DNA of 64,000 nucleotides. Source: Alphaproteobacteria bacterium. Lineage in GTDB: Bacteria; Pseudomonadota; Alphaproteobacteria; SHVV01. The stretch spans positions 3,648,001-3,712,000 of the forward strand of contig OZ253470.1 in assembly GCA_965261735.1 (NCBI GenBank), in the 5' to 3' direction. Position numbers and translations under genes: made by a program. The notes beneath the pieces are model-generated. The model saw only the letters and a list, made by a program, of their open reading frames with translations. It had not been told where the DNA came from and searched no databases. Of this stretch, positions 38,939 through 47,581 are shown one piece after another; the stretch's first letter is position 1, and each line of letters begins with the position of its first letter.

Positions 38939-40056
38939 GTTGGCGCCTCCGCCAGCAGTCTGGGTAGTCGGACGAGGTTGTAGGCGGCCAAGGCCAGGGT
39001 GAACGAAGCGTCGACCCGGTGGCGGCCCCGGAATTTGGTCTTGCTCAATCCCGCGCTCGTCTTGACCCAGCCGAAGACCTCCTCGATGCGCTTGCGGCAA
39101 CGTTGGCTGACGCCGTAACCGGGATGGCGCGTCGTGCGCCCGTCTATCTTGGTCTTGCGCCGCTTGCCGGTCTTGGTGACGTGGTCCTGGACGGCGATAT
39201 GGGGGGTCACCTTGCGGTGCCGCAGTTCCTCGACAAAATCCGCGACGTCAAAACCCTTGTCCCCGCCCACCGTGATCCGACGCCGCCCGCCTCTACTCTC
39301 CACCGGGCGATGCCTGTCGATCAGATCAAGGGCGGCTTCGCGTTCCGCCGTGCCCGACGCAATGGTCACGCCGCCGCCGACTGCCAGACCATGGCGGTTC
39401 TCCGTCAGCGCATGGCCCATGTAACACAGCTTGCTTTCCCGGCCATTACCCTTGCGATAAAGCCGGGCGTCCGGATCAGTGGTGCTTGCATGGGTCGCGT
39501 TCGAGCGTTTCTCGCCATGAAAATCCCGCGCGGCGTTGCGCCCCGATCCCCCGTCGCCATCGTCCTCACCTTTGGGACGAAAGCTCTTCATCGACGCCCA
39601 GGCCTCGATCAATGTTCCGTCTACCGAAAAATGATCCCGGCTCAATAGTCCCCCTACCTTGTGGTGCTGGATAACCCCCGCAAGCAGCTGCCCCGAAACC
39701 TCCGCCTCCAGAAGACGGTCCCGGTTGTGGCAGAACGCGCTGGCGTCCCACACGCCATCGTCCAGCCCAAGCCCCACAAACCAGCAAAACAGCATGTTGA
39801 AGTTTAGCTGCTCCATCAGCTGACGCTCCGAGCAGATCGAATAAAACGCCTGCAACAGTAACGCTCGAAGAAGCTTCTCCGGCGGGATCGATGGGCGACC
39901 CATGTGGGAATAAAGCGTCTCGAACTCCGAAGATAGAGACCCCAATACGTCGTTCACGATCTCACGGATCAGACGCAGCGGATGATCATCCGGAACACGC
40001 TCTTCCAAGTCTACGTAGCTGAATAAATTGCCACTGCTTTGATCTCGACCCCGCAT
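38935..40056 (-). CDS. IS5-family transposase
   Basis: VPDDHPLR, GRPSIPPEKLLRA, HFSVDGTLIEAWAS, STTDPDARLY, GGDKGFD, RKRIEEVFGW. Confidence 0.93.
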   Translation of the reverse strand: MRGRDQSSGNLFSYVDLEERVPDDHPLRLIREIVNDVLGSLSSEFETLYSHMGRPSIPPEKLLRALLLQAFYSICSERQLMEQLNFNMLFCWFVGLGLDDGVWDASAFCHNRDRLLEAEVSGQLLAGVIQHHKVGGLLSRDHFSVDGTLIEAWASMKSFRPKGEDDGDGGSGRNAARDFHGEKRSNATHASTTDPDARLYRKGNGRESKLCYMGHALTENRHGLAVGGGVTIASGTAEREAALDLIDRHRPVESRGGRRRITVGGDKGFDVADFVEELRHRKVTPHIAVQDHVTKTGKRRKTKIDGRTTRHPGYGVSQRCRKRIEEVFGWVKTSAGLSKTKFRGRHRVDASFTLALAAYNLVRLPRLLAEAPT

Positions 40057-40130
40057 GCCATCCTCCATCACTCGAAGGAATCACAGAATCATGTCACAAC
40101 TGCAAAGGCGAGGACTTTTTCAGCAGCCTG

Positions 40131-40955
40131 CTAGAGGAGATTGAAGCGCATGTGCTCGCGGGCAACGACGGCGCCGCTCCACATTCGCGATGCCTCGCTC
40201 TCCAGCTCCTCCATGAACGGGTCCTCATGGTCGGGGTCGTGATGGAAAATCGCCAGCGTCTTGGCGCCGGCGGCTTGGCACAGGCGCACGCCCTCCTGCC
40301 AGGTCGAATGGCCCCAGCCCATGCGGCCGGGAAACTCGTCGTCGGTGTAGGTGCTGTCATAGATCACGAAGTCCGCGCCCTCGATAAGGCCGAGCACGGT
40401 TTCGTCGGGCGCCCCGATCACATGCTCCAGGTCCGTGACGTAGCACATGGCCTTGCCGCGGAACTCGATGCGGTAGCCCGTTGCGCCGCCAGGATGGTTG
40501 AGCGCCGCCGTCTTCACCGTGATCCCTTCGCCGAGTCCGAAGGTGTCACCCGGCTTGAAGTCGGCGAACTCCATCTTCGAGCCCATCTTTTCCAGTGGCA
40601 CCGGAAAGATGGGGCTCGACATCTGGTTGGCGAGGACCTTCTCGACGCCGCCGTGGTCGTGCAGGTGACCGGCCATCAGCACGAAGGAACGATCGGCGCG
40701 GAAGGAGGGCGCAAAAAACGGAAAGCCGTTGATGTGATCCCAGTGCGTGTGGCTCAGCAGCATCGTCGCGTGCTTCAGGTCCTTGCGCAGGAACCAGTGA
40801 CCGAGTTCGCGCAAGCCCGTGCCGGCGTCGAGAATCACGCGCTGTCCGCCGAGCGACACCTCGACGCAGCTCGTGTTCCCGCCGAAGCCGATGTGCTGCG
40901 CCGTGGGACAGGCGATGCTGCCGCGCACGCCCCAGAATTTGATCTTGAAGCTCAT
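40131..40955 (-). CDS. MBL-fold metallo-hydrolase (phosphodiesterase-like)
   Basis: FWGVRGS, GGNTSC, LDAGTG, SHTHWDHI.G, HPGG, TDLEH, WGHS, FHHDP. Confidence 0.92.
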   Translation of the reverse strand: MSFKIKFWGVRGSIACPTAQHIGFGGNTSCVEVSLGGQRVILDAGTGLRELGHWFLRKDLKHATMLLSHTHWDHINGFPFFAPSFRADRSFVLMAGHLHDHGGVEKVLANQMSSPIFPVPLEKMGSKMEFADFKPGDTFGLGEGITVKTAALNHPGGATGYRIEFRGKAMCYVTDLEHVIGAPDETVLGLIEGADFVIYDSTYTDDEFPGRMGWGHSTWQEGVRLCQAAGAKTLAIFHHDPDHEDPFMEELESEASRMWSGAVVAREHMRFNLL

Positions 40956-41130
40956 TTAGGGGCCAGAGGCGTCGTGTAGTGTCGATGCCGTCATCTCGGC
41001 AAGCGACCCTGGAATACCAAATGCCGGCGCTAAAATACAGCGCAACCGATGGGGTGGACGCCCCTCCCGACGGCATCGCGATGTGCCAGGTTGGCGGTGT
41101 TGTTAACGCCAAGCGAGGAAGGGGGCGTCC

Positions 41131-42153
41131 ATGGAACAGGTTCACATGATCGGGATCGATCTGGCGAAGAACAGCTTTCAGCTGCACGGTGCGCGGGCGG
41201 ATGGGTTGGTTGCGTTCCGCAAGAAGCTGAGCCGGGCGAAGCTGTTGGACTTTGTGGCTGCGCAGCCACGCTGCACGGTGGCGATGGAGGCGTGCGGCGG
41301 CGCGCACCATTGGGGCCGGGAGATCGGCAGTCTCGGCCATGCGGTGCGACTGGTCCCACCGATCTACGTCAAAGCGTACGTCAAGCGGCAAAAGAACGAC
41401 GCGTCGGATGCGGAGGCGATCTGCGAGGCGTCGTCGCGGCCGACCATGCGCTTTGTGGCTGTGAAGACGGAGGAACAGCAGGCTCGGGGCATGCTGTTCC
41501 GGACGCGCGATCTTCTGGTGCGCCAGCGCACCCAGACGATTAATGCGCTGCGCGGCCATCTGGCGGAGTTCGGTGTCATTGCCCCGCAGGGGCCGGCTCA
41601 TGTCGGCCGGCTGGCCTCGGCGCTTGAGGGACCGGCTTCGAGGTTGCCGGAAGCGGTCCGCGAGCTGGCCGGCCTTCTGCTTGAGCAGATCGCCGGCCTC
41701 GATGCGAAGATTGCGGGCCTGGAGAGGGAGGTCCACGTGAGAGCACGGCAGGATGAGGAGGCGAGGCGCCTGATGAGCGTGCCGGGGATCGGGCCGATCA
41801 GCGCGATGGCAATCCAGGCCTTCGCACCGCCGATGGAGAGTTTCCGGCGCGGCCGCGACTTCTCCGCTTGGCTCGGCCTCGTGCCGCGCCAGCACACGAC
41901 CGGCGGCAAGCCGAAGCTGGGCAAGATATCGAAGATGGGCCAGCGCGATCTGAGACGGCTGCTGATCACAGGCGCGATGACTGTGGTCCGCTGGGCGGTT
42001 CGGCGCGGCGTGACGACGGACCCCTGGCTGGCCGGGATGCTGGCGCGCAAGCCGAGGATGCTCGTCGCGGTGGCGCTGGCCAACAGGATGGCGCGCATCG
42101 TCTGGGCGCTACTGACGAAGAAGGAGAGCTACCGGGCTCCCGCCACCGCCTGA
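41131..42153 (+). CDS. IS110-family DEDD recombinase
   Basis: GIDLAK, MEACG, KNDASDAEAI, VPGIG, AWLGLVP.QHTTGGK..LG.ISKMG, VALANRMARI.WA. Confidence 0.95.
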   Translation: MEQVHMIGIDLAKNSFQLHGARADGLVAFRKKLSRAKLLDFVAAQPRCTVAMEACGGAHHWGREIGSLGHAVRLVPPIYVKAYVKRQKNDASDAEAICEASSRPTMRFVAVKTEEQQARGMLFRTRDLLVRQRTQTINALRGHLAEFGVIAPQGPAHVGRLASALEGPASRLPEAVRELAGLLLEQIAGLDAKIAGLEREVHVRARQDEEARRLMSVPGIGPISAMAIQAFAPPMESFRRGRDFSAWLGLVPRQHTTGGKPKLGKISKMGQRDLRRLLITGAMTVVRWAVRRGVTTDPWLAGMLARKPRMLVAVALANRMARIVWALLTKKESYRAPATA

Positions 42154-42395
42154 GAGAACGGCGAAGTGCGGGAAGCCGTCGGGGATGTGGGCACGACGGA
42201 GGACAGGTAAGGGCAAAGGTCAACGAGACCGGGTTGGGAAAACCAGCATCCGAACGGAGAGCTTTCAAGCTCGCGTAACCGATTTGGACCCAATCCGCGT
42301 ATCTCCATACGGGCCCGCGGCGTGTCATCTGCCGCATAGAGAGGCCGGACACACGACAGCACCTGACCGCATGCACCGAGCCGACCAAAAACTGC
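42154..42395 (+). ncRNA. Putative bridge RNA / seekRNA of the IS110 element
   Basis: Long non-coding right end with nested stems (gggttggg/cccaatcc, gagc/gctc, ggcc-gcggc/gccgc-ggcc) and segments matching the target flank and donor end. Boundaries approximate. Confidence 0.7.
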
Positions 42396-42423
42396 TTGCA
42401 TCAACGGGGGCGTCCACACACGA

Positions 42424-42790
42424 CAGGCCGGCCAGCGCCTCCTGCCCCTCGGGCAGCATCTTGAGGTAGGAAACGATCGGGGCAACGTAGAGATCAGCGA
42501 GCGAAAGGTCGGCACCCGCGAGATAGGGTGTGCCTCCGAGGGCCCGGTCGATCACCGACATGCAGTGTTTCACGTGTGGAATCGCATTCTTGATCTTCTC
42601 TTCGTCCGGCTCGCGGCCCCGGGACGGAGCTGCCAGGCGCTCGATCACCACGTCGTGGACCGCATATTGATACACGTAGTCGATGACGACACTGGTCCAT
42701 TGCATCATGAGCGCACGGCCTCTGGGCGCCGCTGGTTGCAGCTTCAGACCGTCGAACGCGAGGTCGGCATAGGTGGCGATCGCCAGCGTC
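42424..42790 (-). pseudogene. Glutathione S-transferase fragment
   Basis: TLAIATYADLAFDG.KLQP.....RA.MMQW, YLAGADLSLADL...PI; N-terminus deleted, C-terminus cut at IS110. Confidence 0.8.
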
Positions 42791-43240
42791 TTCGAGACAG
42801 GTCAACGAGCTCGACCATCCGTGCTCGTGGTTGTTGCACGACTCGCGGTCGGTGAAGAACTCGTGGACCAACAACATCTCGGTGCCGCCCCCCCTGTCGC
42901 GCAGCGTCAGCGTGACTTGGGTTTCATGGCCCGGAACGCCGTCCTCTTCCCAGGCCGAGGTGAACACCAGGCGCTCGTTCTCGGTCACCTCCTTGATAAC
43001 GCCGCCGACCCACAGCTGCGTGCCGTCGGGTCCGGTCATGCCGGTGCGGTAGCGGCCGCCGGGGCGCACGTCCAAGGCGTCCACGGTGGTCTCATATCCA
43101 TCCGGGCCCCACCACTTGGCGAGCTCGCCGGGGTCGGTCCAGGCTCTAAATACGGTCGAGGGCGGGGCCCTGAACACTCGCTCGAGCCGCAACGTGTTAG
43201 GGCTTTCCTTCTCCTGCGCGATCGCGCCGGGCGTCGTCAT
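42791..43240 (-). pseudogene. SRPBCC/AHA1-domain protein whose stop codon was lost by deletion
   Basis: LERVF.APP..VFRAWTDP.ELAKWWGP, DVRPGGRY, RLVFT, HEHGWSSSL; the frame then reads through out-of-frame GST sequence to 42494. Confidence 0.8.
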
Positions 43241-43584
43241 TTACCGGCATCCTCCTCGGTTAGATCATCGAGATATTGGGCGAGGCGATCGAGTTGCCCT
43301 TCCCAGAAGCGATGGTAGTCGGCAATCCAAACGGCGGCGTCACGGAGCGGCTCGGCCTCGAGCCGGCAGTGGTGGACCCGCCCATCCCTGCGGCGGCTGA
43401 TGAGGCCCGCCGCCTCCAGCGCCTTGAGGTGGCGCGACACGGCGGGCAGTGAGATTTCGAATGGGTCGGCGAGCTCGCCCACCGAGGCCTCGCCGAGCGC
43501 CAGTCGCGCCAGGATGGCGCGGCGCGTGGGATCGGAAAGCGCGGAAAAAGTGCGGTCGAGCCGCCGTGGCGAATAGTTAACCAC
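43237..43584 (-). CDS. ArsR/SmtB-family transcriptional regulator
   Basis: FSALSDPTRRAIL.RL, SLPAVSRHLK.LE.AGLI, RFWE..LDRL. Confidence 0.92.
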   Translation of the reverse strand: MVNYSPRRLDRTFSALSDPTRRAILARLALGEASVGELADPFEISLPAVSRHLKALEAAGLISRRRDGRVHHCRLEAEPLRDAAVWIADYHRFWEGQLDRLAQYLDDLTEEDAGK

Positions 43585-43619
43585 CTCATTAAATATAGAG
43601 GGCCACCAACGCCTGTCAA
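43573..43619 (-). promoter_or_regulatory. Sigma70-like promoter and palindromic operator overlapping the arsR start
   Basis: Minus strand TTGACA-N16-TATATT; imperfect palindrome ATATTTAA-N8-TTAACTAT spans the GTG start. Confidence 0.65.
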
Positions 43620-43662
43620 CCCGGCAGCAATGACTGGTGTGGATTGGGTCCGGCGTCGGCCT

Positions 43663-44352
43663 CTACCAGCCGAATCCCGGGCCGGTACCGAACAGCAGCC
43701 GATGGGCCAAGAGTAGGGCGGCATAGATCGCGAGCCCCAGGGCCACGGGGCGCCAGCCGATCTCGCTCCAGCTCAGCCGCGTCCGCCTGGCGATAACGGC
43801 GCCAAAGGGCAGGTAGGAGGTGACGGCGGCATAGTCCCGCCAGGTGTCGCGGTCGGCGTGCCGGCGCTTGGCATCGATCTGCAGGGGCCCGAACAGCGAG
43901 AGCACGAGCAGCCCGCCGAAAAAGATGAGGGCCGCGACATCGCCCCGTGCCACTAGGTGCGCCGCCGCCCACAGGGCCACCGCCCACATCATGGGGTGGC
44001 GCGTGATCCGGGCGATGCCGCGGGGCGGCTCGGCCAGCCTTTTCTCGCCTCCGATGCCCGTCGGACTGGGCGTCGTTCGGGCGGCCACGAGAGCAATGAG
44101 GGCGAACGGCATCACCGCATGGGGCACATGCGTGAACCAGCCGGCGGACCAAACGGGATCGTAGGGCGCGACCCGGTAGGCGGCCGCCATCCATACCAGA
44201 CCGGCGAGCGAAAAGAGCGCAAACAACCCGCGAAATGCGGCTTCGCCGACGATACCGACGAAGACGCCGCGAAGGGGCGAGCCGGAGACCAGGAAATGAA
44301 TGAGGACGAAAAAGGCCGTCGCGTAAGCGAGGTCCAGGTGGGTGCCGAACAT
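43663..44352 (-). CDS. nnrU: NnrU-family membrane protein
   Basis: F...H......LR, GIARITRHPMMW.VALWAAAHL...GD, IDAKR, TSYLPF.A. Confidence 0.85.
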   Translation of the reverse strand: MFGTHLDLAYATAFFVLIHFLVSGSPLRGVFVGIVGEAAFRGLFALFSLAGLVWMAAAYRVAPYDPVWSAGWFTHVPHAVMPFALIALVAARTTPSPTGIGGEKRLAEPPRGIARITRHPMMWAVALWAAAHLVARGDVAALIFFGGLLVLSLFGPLQIDAKRRHADRDTWRDYAAVTSYLPFGAVIARRTRLSWSEIGWRPVALGLAIYAALLLAHRLLFGTGPGFGW

Positions 44353-44363
44353 GCGCTCAGATA

Positions 44364-44657
44364 TCACGCGCGGGTGCGGCCCGGCAATCGCCAGGCATCG
44401 GCGCCGCTCGACGGCCGGCCTTCGCTGGCGGCACCCCCGGCGCGGCGCCCGGCGTCCGTCAACTTGCACACCAGCCAGTCGGGTTTGATCGGGTTGGCGA
44501 ACCAAGGCTCGGCCCAGCCCCCGCGAATGCACCCCCGAATCGTGTCTGGGCTGATCTGCCGGCCGTTGCTGTCGAACAGCGGGAGCTTGCCACCCGGCTG
44601 ACTGAGCCCGTGCCGAAGGTAGCGCAACTGCGCGGGCGTTGGCTTGCCGGTGGCCAT
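44364..44657 (-). CDS. Conserved hypothetical protein
   Basis: PT.AQ.RYL..GL.QPGGKLPLFD..G...C...GWAEPWFANPIKPDWLVCKLT.AG, recalled as a small conserved alphaproteobacterial protein. Confidence 0.75.
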   Translation of the reverse strand: MATGKPTPAQLRYLRHGLSQPGGKLPLFDSNGRQISPDTIRGCIRGGWAEPWFANPIKPDWLVCKLTDAGRRAGGAASEGRPSSGADAWRLPGRTRA

Positions 44658-44858
44658 GAGCGAAACCCTAGCGCGCCCGGCGCAGCCGCGCCAGCCGAGC
44701 AAGGCTCGCACGTCAGCCCTCCGCGGCCACGCCGTTGGCGCCCGCTGCGGCCCGACTTCGGCTCTCCTCGCGCCGGAAATCGAATTGTTCCGGGCCATGG
44801 TTTCGGGTAAATATGGCGCTACGGCTGCGGCCCCGCCGCAGGCCAAGAGGGATTTGCA

Positions 44859-45380
44859 ATGGCCGCGCCCAAGCGACGCGTGAGAGCGGTGCCGAGCGCG
44901 ACGGCGCGGCGCCCGGCGGCAAACGCGACGGCCGCTGAGGCCCCGTTCATCATGCGCCGGACCGTGCTATGGGGCGAGTGCGACCCGGCGCAGATGGTTT
45001 ACACGCCGCGCTTTCTCGACTACGTGGCCGAGGCCGTCGAGGGCTGGTTTCGCGCCGTGCTCGATACGGGGTGGTACGACATGATCGCCGAGCGCGGCAT
45101 TGCCTCACCGATCGTCCATGCCAGCATCGACTTCTTCAGCCGGCTCAACCCGGGGGATGCGTTCGAGATGGAGGTCCTGGTCGAAGAGGAGGGCCTGCGT
45201 TCGACGATCCCGTTTCGGGTCAAGGGACGCACTCAAGCCGGCGAGGACTGCTTTGGCGCCCGCTTGATCCTCTCGGTGGTGGACTGGAAGTCGTTTCGCT
45301 CGATCTCCGTCCCCACCGACTTTCGCGAGCGCATTGCCGTGTACCGCATGGCCTGCAACGCGGTCAAGGCCGTCGCCTGA
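44859..45380 (+). CDS. Acyl-CoA thioesterase (4HBT/hotdog fold)
   Basis: VLWGECDPAQMVYTPRF, PIVHASIDF..L.PGD. Confidence 0.85.
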   Translation: MAAPKRRVRAVPSATARRPAANATAAEAPFIMRRTVLWGECDPAQMVYTPRFLDYVAEAVEGWFRAVLDTGWYDMIAERGIASPIVHASIDFFSRLNPGDAFEMEVLVEEEGLRSTIPFRVKGRTQAGEDCFGARLILSVVDWKSFRSISVPTDFRERIAVYRMACNAVKAVA

Positions 45381-45440
45381 GGCGCCGCTGACGCCGGCGC
45401 ATGCCGCTCACCCGAGCGATCGGCGTACCGCGACAGACTC

Positions 45441-46364
45441 GTGAATCCGCGCACGCTCGAATCGAAATTCCTCGGCGCCATGATGGGCTGCGCCATCGGT
45501 GACGCCGTCGGCGAGCTTGCGACGATCCACGATGATCGCGACCGCCTCGTGGGCTGGCTCAACCAGACCGAGCGCCTGACCTACACCGACGAGACCGCCA
45601 TGATGATCGGGGTCGCGGAGGCCGTCCTCGCGGCCGGCGACGTCGACGCCCAGCACCTCGGTGACATTTTGCGCGCCGGCTACTCGCGTGGGCCCTGGCG
45701 CGGCTCCGACATGGGTACCCCACAAGTATTCGCCGAGGCCGGAAAGCGCGCTACCCCGTACGTCGAGGCGGCGCGCGCCCTTCACGACGGTCAGGGATCG
45801 AAGGGCAGCGGCGGCGCCGTCCGAGTCGCGCCGCTCGCGCTGCGCTTCCGCGATTCTCGGGACTTATGGGCCAAGGTGGCCGAGTCGGCCCGGGTGACGC
45901 ACGCGCATCCGGAGGGCATCGACGGTGCCGCGGTCCAGGCCTGGATGGTCGCCTACGCGACGGGCCTCGACCCGGCGGCGCGGTTCCCGATGGCCGACTT
46001 CCTGCGCGCGATGGTGCAGTTCTCGAGGACCGCGGACATTCGCGCACGCCTCGCGGAGGTCGTCGCGCTGCTCGCTCGCGAGGCGACCCCGGCCGAGGCG
46101 GCGAGCGAGCGCGGTGCAGGCGGGCACGTCGGCCCGTGCCTCCAGTTCACGCTCTATGCCTTCCTGAGCCACCTCGCGTCGTTCGAGGAGTGCCTCTTGT
46201 GTGCCGTGCTCAACGGCGGCGACGCGGATGCCCTCGGAGCCATGGCCGGCGCCGTCTCGGGCGCCTATCTCGGGATCGAGAAAATCCCCGCCGCCTGGCG
46301 CAACAAGCTCGAGAACGCAGACCGGATCACAGAGCTCGCGCGCATGCTGGCACGGGCGGAGTGA
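45441..46364 (+). CDS. ADP-ribosylglycohydrolase-family protein
   Basis: GAMMG.AIGDAVG, YTDET, VRVAPL, VTHAHP, GGDAD..GAMAGA.SGA.LG...IP..W. Confidence 0.88.
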   Translation: MNPRTLESKFLGAMMGCAIGDAVGELATIHDDRDRLVGWLNQTERLTYTDETAMMIGVAEAVLAAGDVDAQHLGDILRAGYSRGPWRGSDMGTPQVFAEAGKRATPYVEAARALHDGQGSKGSGGAVRVAPLALRFRDSRDLWAKVAESARVTHAHPEGIDGAAVQAWMVAYATGLDPAARFPMADFLRAMVQFSRTADIRARLAEVVALLAREATPAEAASERGAGGHVGPCLQFTLYAFLSHLASFEECLLCAVLNGGDADALGAMAGAVSGAYLGIEKIPAAWRNKLENADRITELARMLARAE

Positions 46365-46395
46365 CCGGCGGACCTGGCATCGCGCGCCACGCCCG

Positions 46396-46884
46396 TTAGC
46401 GCGCCGTCCTCAGGGTCCACTCGACGATGTGCTTGAGCACCTTGCCGAGGGCGTCGTCGAACGCGGCGATGACGGCCGACATACTCTCACCGGAGGCCCG
46501 CGCCTCGTGTTGGAAGGTCTCCGAGGCGATGATCTCGCGCCGCGGTTGGCGTATCACCTTGGCGTTGACCGTGACCCGGATCACGGGCACGTCGGCGCCG
46601 TCGAAATACTCGGCCTGGAACTCCCTCAGCTCGCTCTTGAGGTTGAAATCCGAGCGTAGGCCGATCGCCTGGCGCCCCACCGCTACGATCTTGCCGGTGT
46701 TCTCGAACGATTCGACCACAAGGGTCTGAACGAGGCTCGGCGCCGCCTCGGCCCAGCGCGCGTCGGCGAAGTATTGCAGCTCGATCGGATCGCTCTTAAG
46801 CGCGATCCGCGTCGTCTCGAGACCGCCCGCGGCGACCGGCACTTCAACGACGAGTTGCCAGTCGACCCGCGGCAAGTCCGGATC
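46396..46884 (-). pseudogene. ABC-type transport auxiliary lipoprotein (PqiC-like), N-terminus lost
   Basis: LPRVDWQLVVE.P, RIAL, YFADARW, LREFQAEY, AFDDALG; no lipoprotein signal because AT-rich foreign sequence begins at 46885. Confidence 0.8.
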
Positions 46885-46983
46885 GGATCTTCCACCTGAG
46901 AAATTACCACTTTGTGATCAATGACTTATGCCCCGATTTTGTCCAACTTCTCGGATCGGTTGGACAAGTTTGTTAGTTCTTTG
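46885..46983. mobile_element. Probable end of an unidentified IS
   Basis: AT-rich 99-bp stretch that truncates the lipoprotein gene; IHF-like gatcaatgactta and hairpin ttgtccaac...gttggacaa. Confidence 0.45.
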
Positions 46984-47332
46984 CTTGCCTATCCGGTTAA
47001 CACCCATGACCGCTACATGTAGGGTGCCGCCACTCTCCCGAGTAAAGCTCGGCATAGGTTGGAGCAGAGGTGTCGCCCGCGATGCCGAGCAATGAGCGGA
47101 AGGCGTTGAACGGGTAGAACCGCCTGTTGAAGCGGAAGGTGAACTCGTTGAGGTAGGCTTGTAGGTGCTGGTGGCTAACGCCGTGGTGGATACCGATCAG
47201 CCACGTCTTCAGGTTGGCGAAAACCAGATGGATGATCGGCAGGTATTGCTCGGCAACCTCTGGATCACCACACTCGGCAACAGCGAAGTGCTCATAGCCG
47301 CGCTTACCGAGGCCAGCATAGCCGCTCCAATC
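46984..47332 (-). mobile_element. IS1595-family (ISSod11-like) right-end fragment
   Basis: Near-identical reverse complement of the last ~350 bp of the copy ending at 15257. Confidence 0.93.
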
Positions 47333-47581
47333 CCAAAGGCGCTGACGTCAGACACCACCCAGCACCGACACTCATCTCTCGGTACCCGACGTCGATTCGA
47401 GCGCACGGCACGCCCCCGGGGCCGCACCATGGCATGGCGCCGAATCGCGATCAAGGAAGCGCGCCGTTCGCGGCAGAGGGGCTGCGGGCGAGGCCGCGAG
47501 GCGCAAGCGCGTCGGATTTGCAAATGCCCGTGCCCTGTATACACTTCGGGCCGCGATCCTCGGCATTAGGGGTGTTCGGCC

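Larger units (their letters stand above)
38758..40130 (-). mobile_element. IS5-family insertion sequence
   Basis: Perfect 18-bp IRs caggctgctgaaaaagtc and gactttttcagcagcctg; CTAG duplication at 38754-38757 and 40131-40134. Confidence 0.95.
41047..42423 (+). mobile_element. IS110-family (IS1111-type) element
   Basis: Sub-terminal IRs gtggacgcccc and ggggcgtccac; shared core cga at 41047-41049 and 42421-42423; short left end, ~270-bp right end. Confidence 0.85.

Noticed and set aside
40956-41046. Missing GST C-terminus on the far side of the IS110 (in frame: VALYFSAGIWYSRVACRD)
   Set aside because: The frame has no stop until 40546, deep in the MBL gene, and the similarity is weak; more likely the MBL upstream region. 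Not fully excluded.
45441-46364. ADP-ribosylglycohydrolase as part of a toxin-antitoxin or DraT/DraG system
   Set aside because: No ADP-ribosyltransferase or nif gene nearby; the context is ordinary metabolism.
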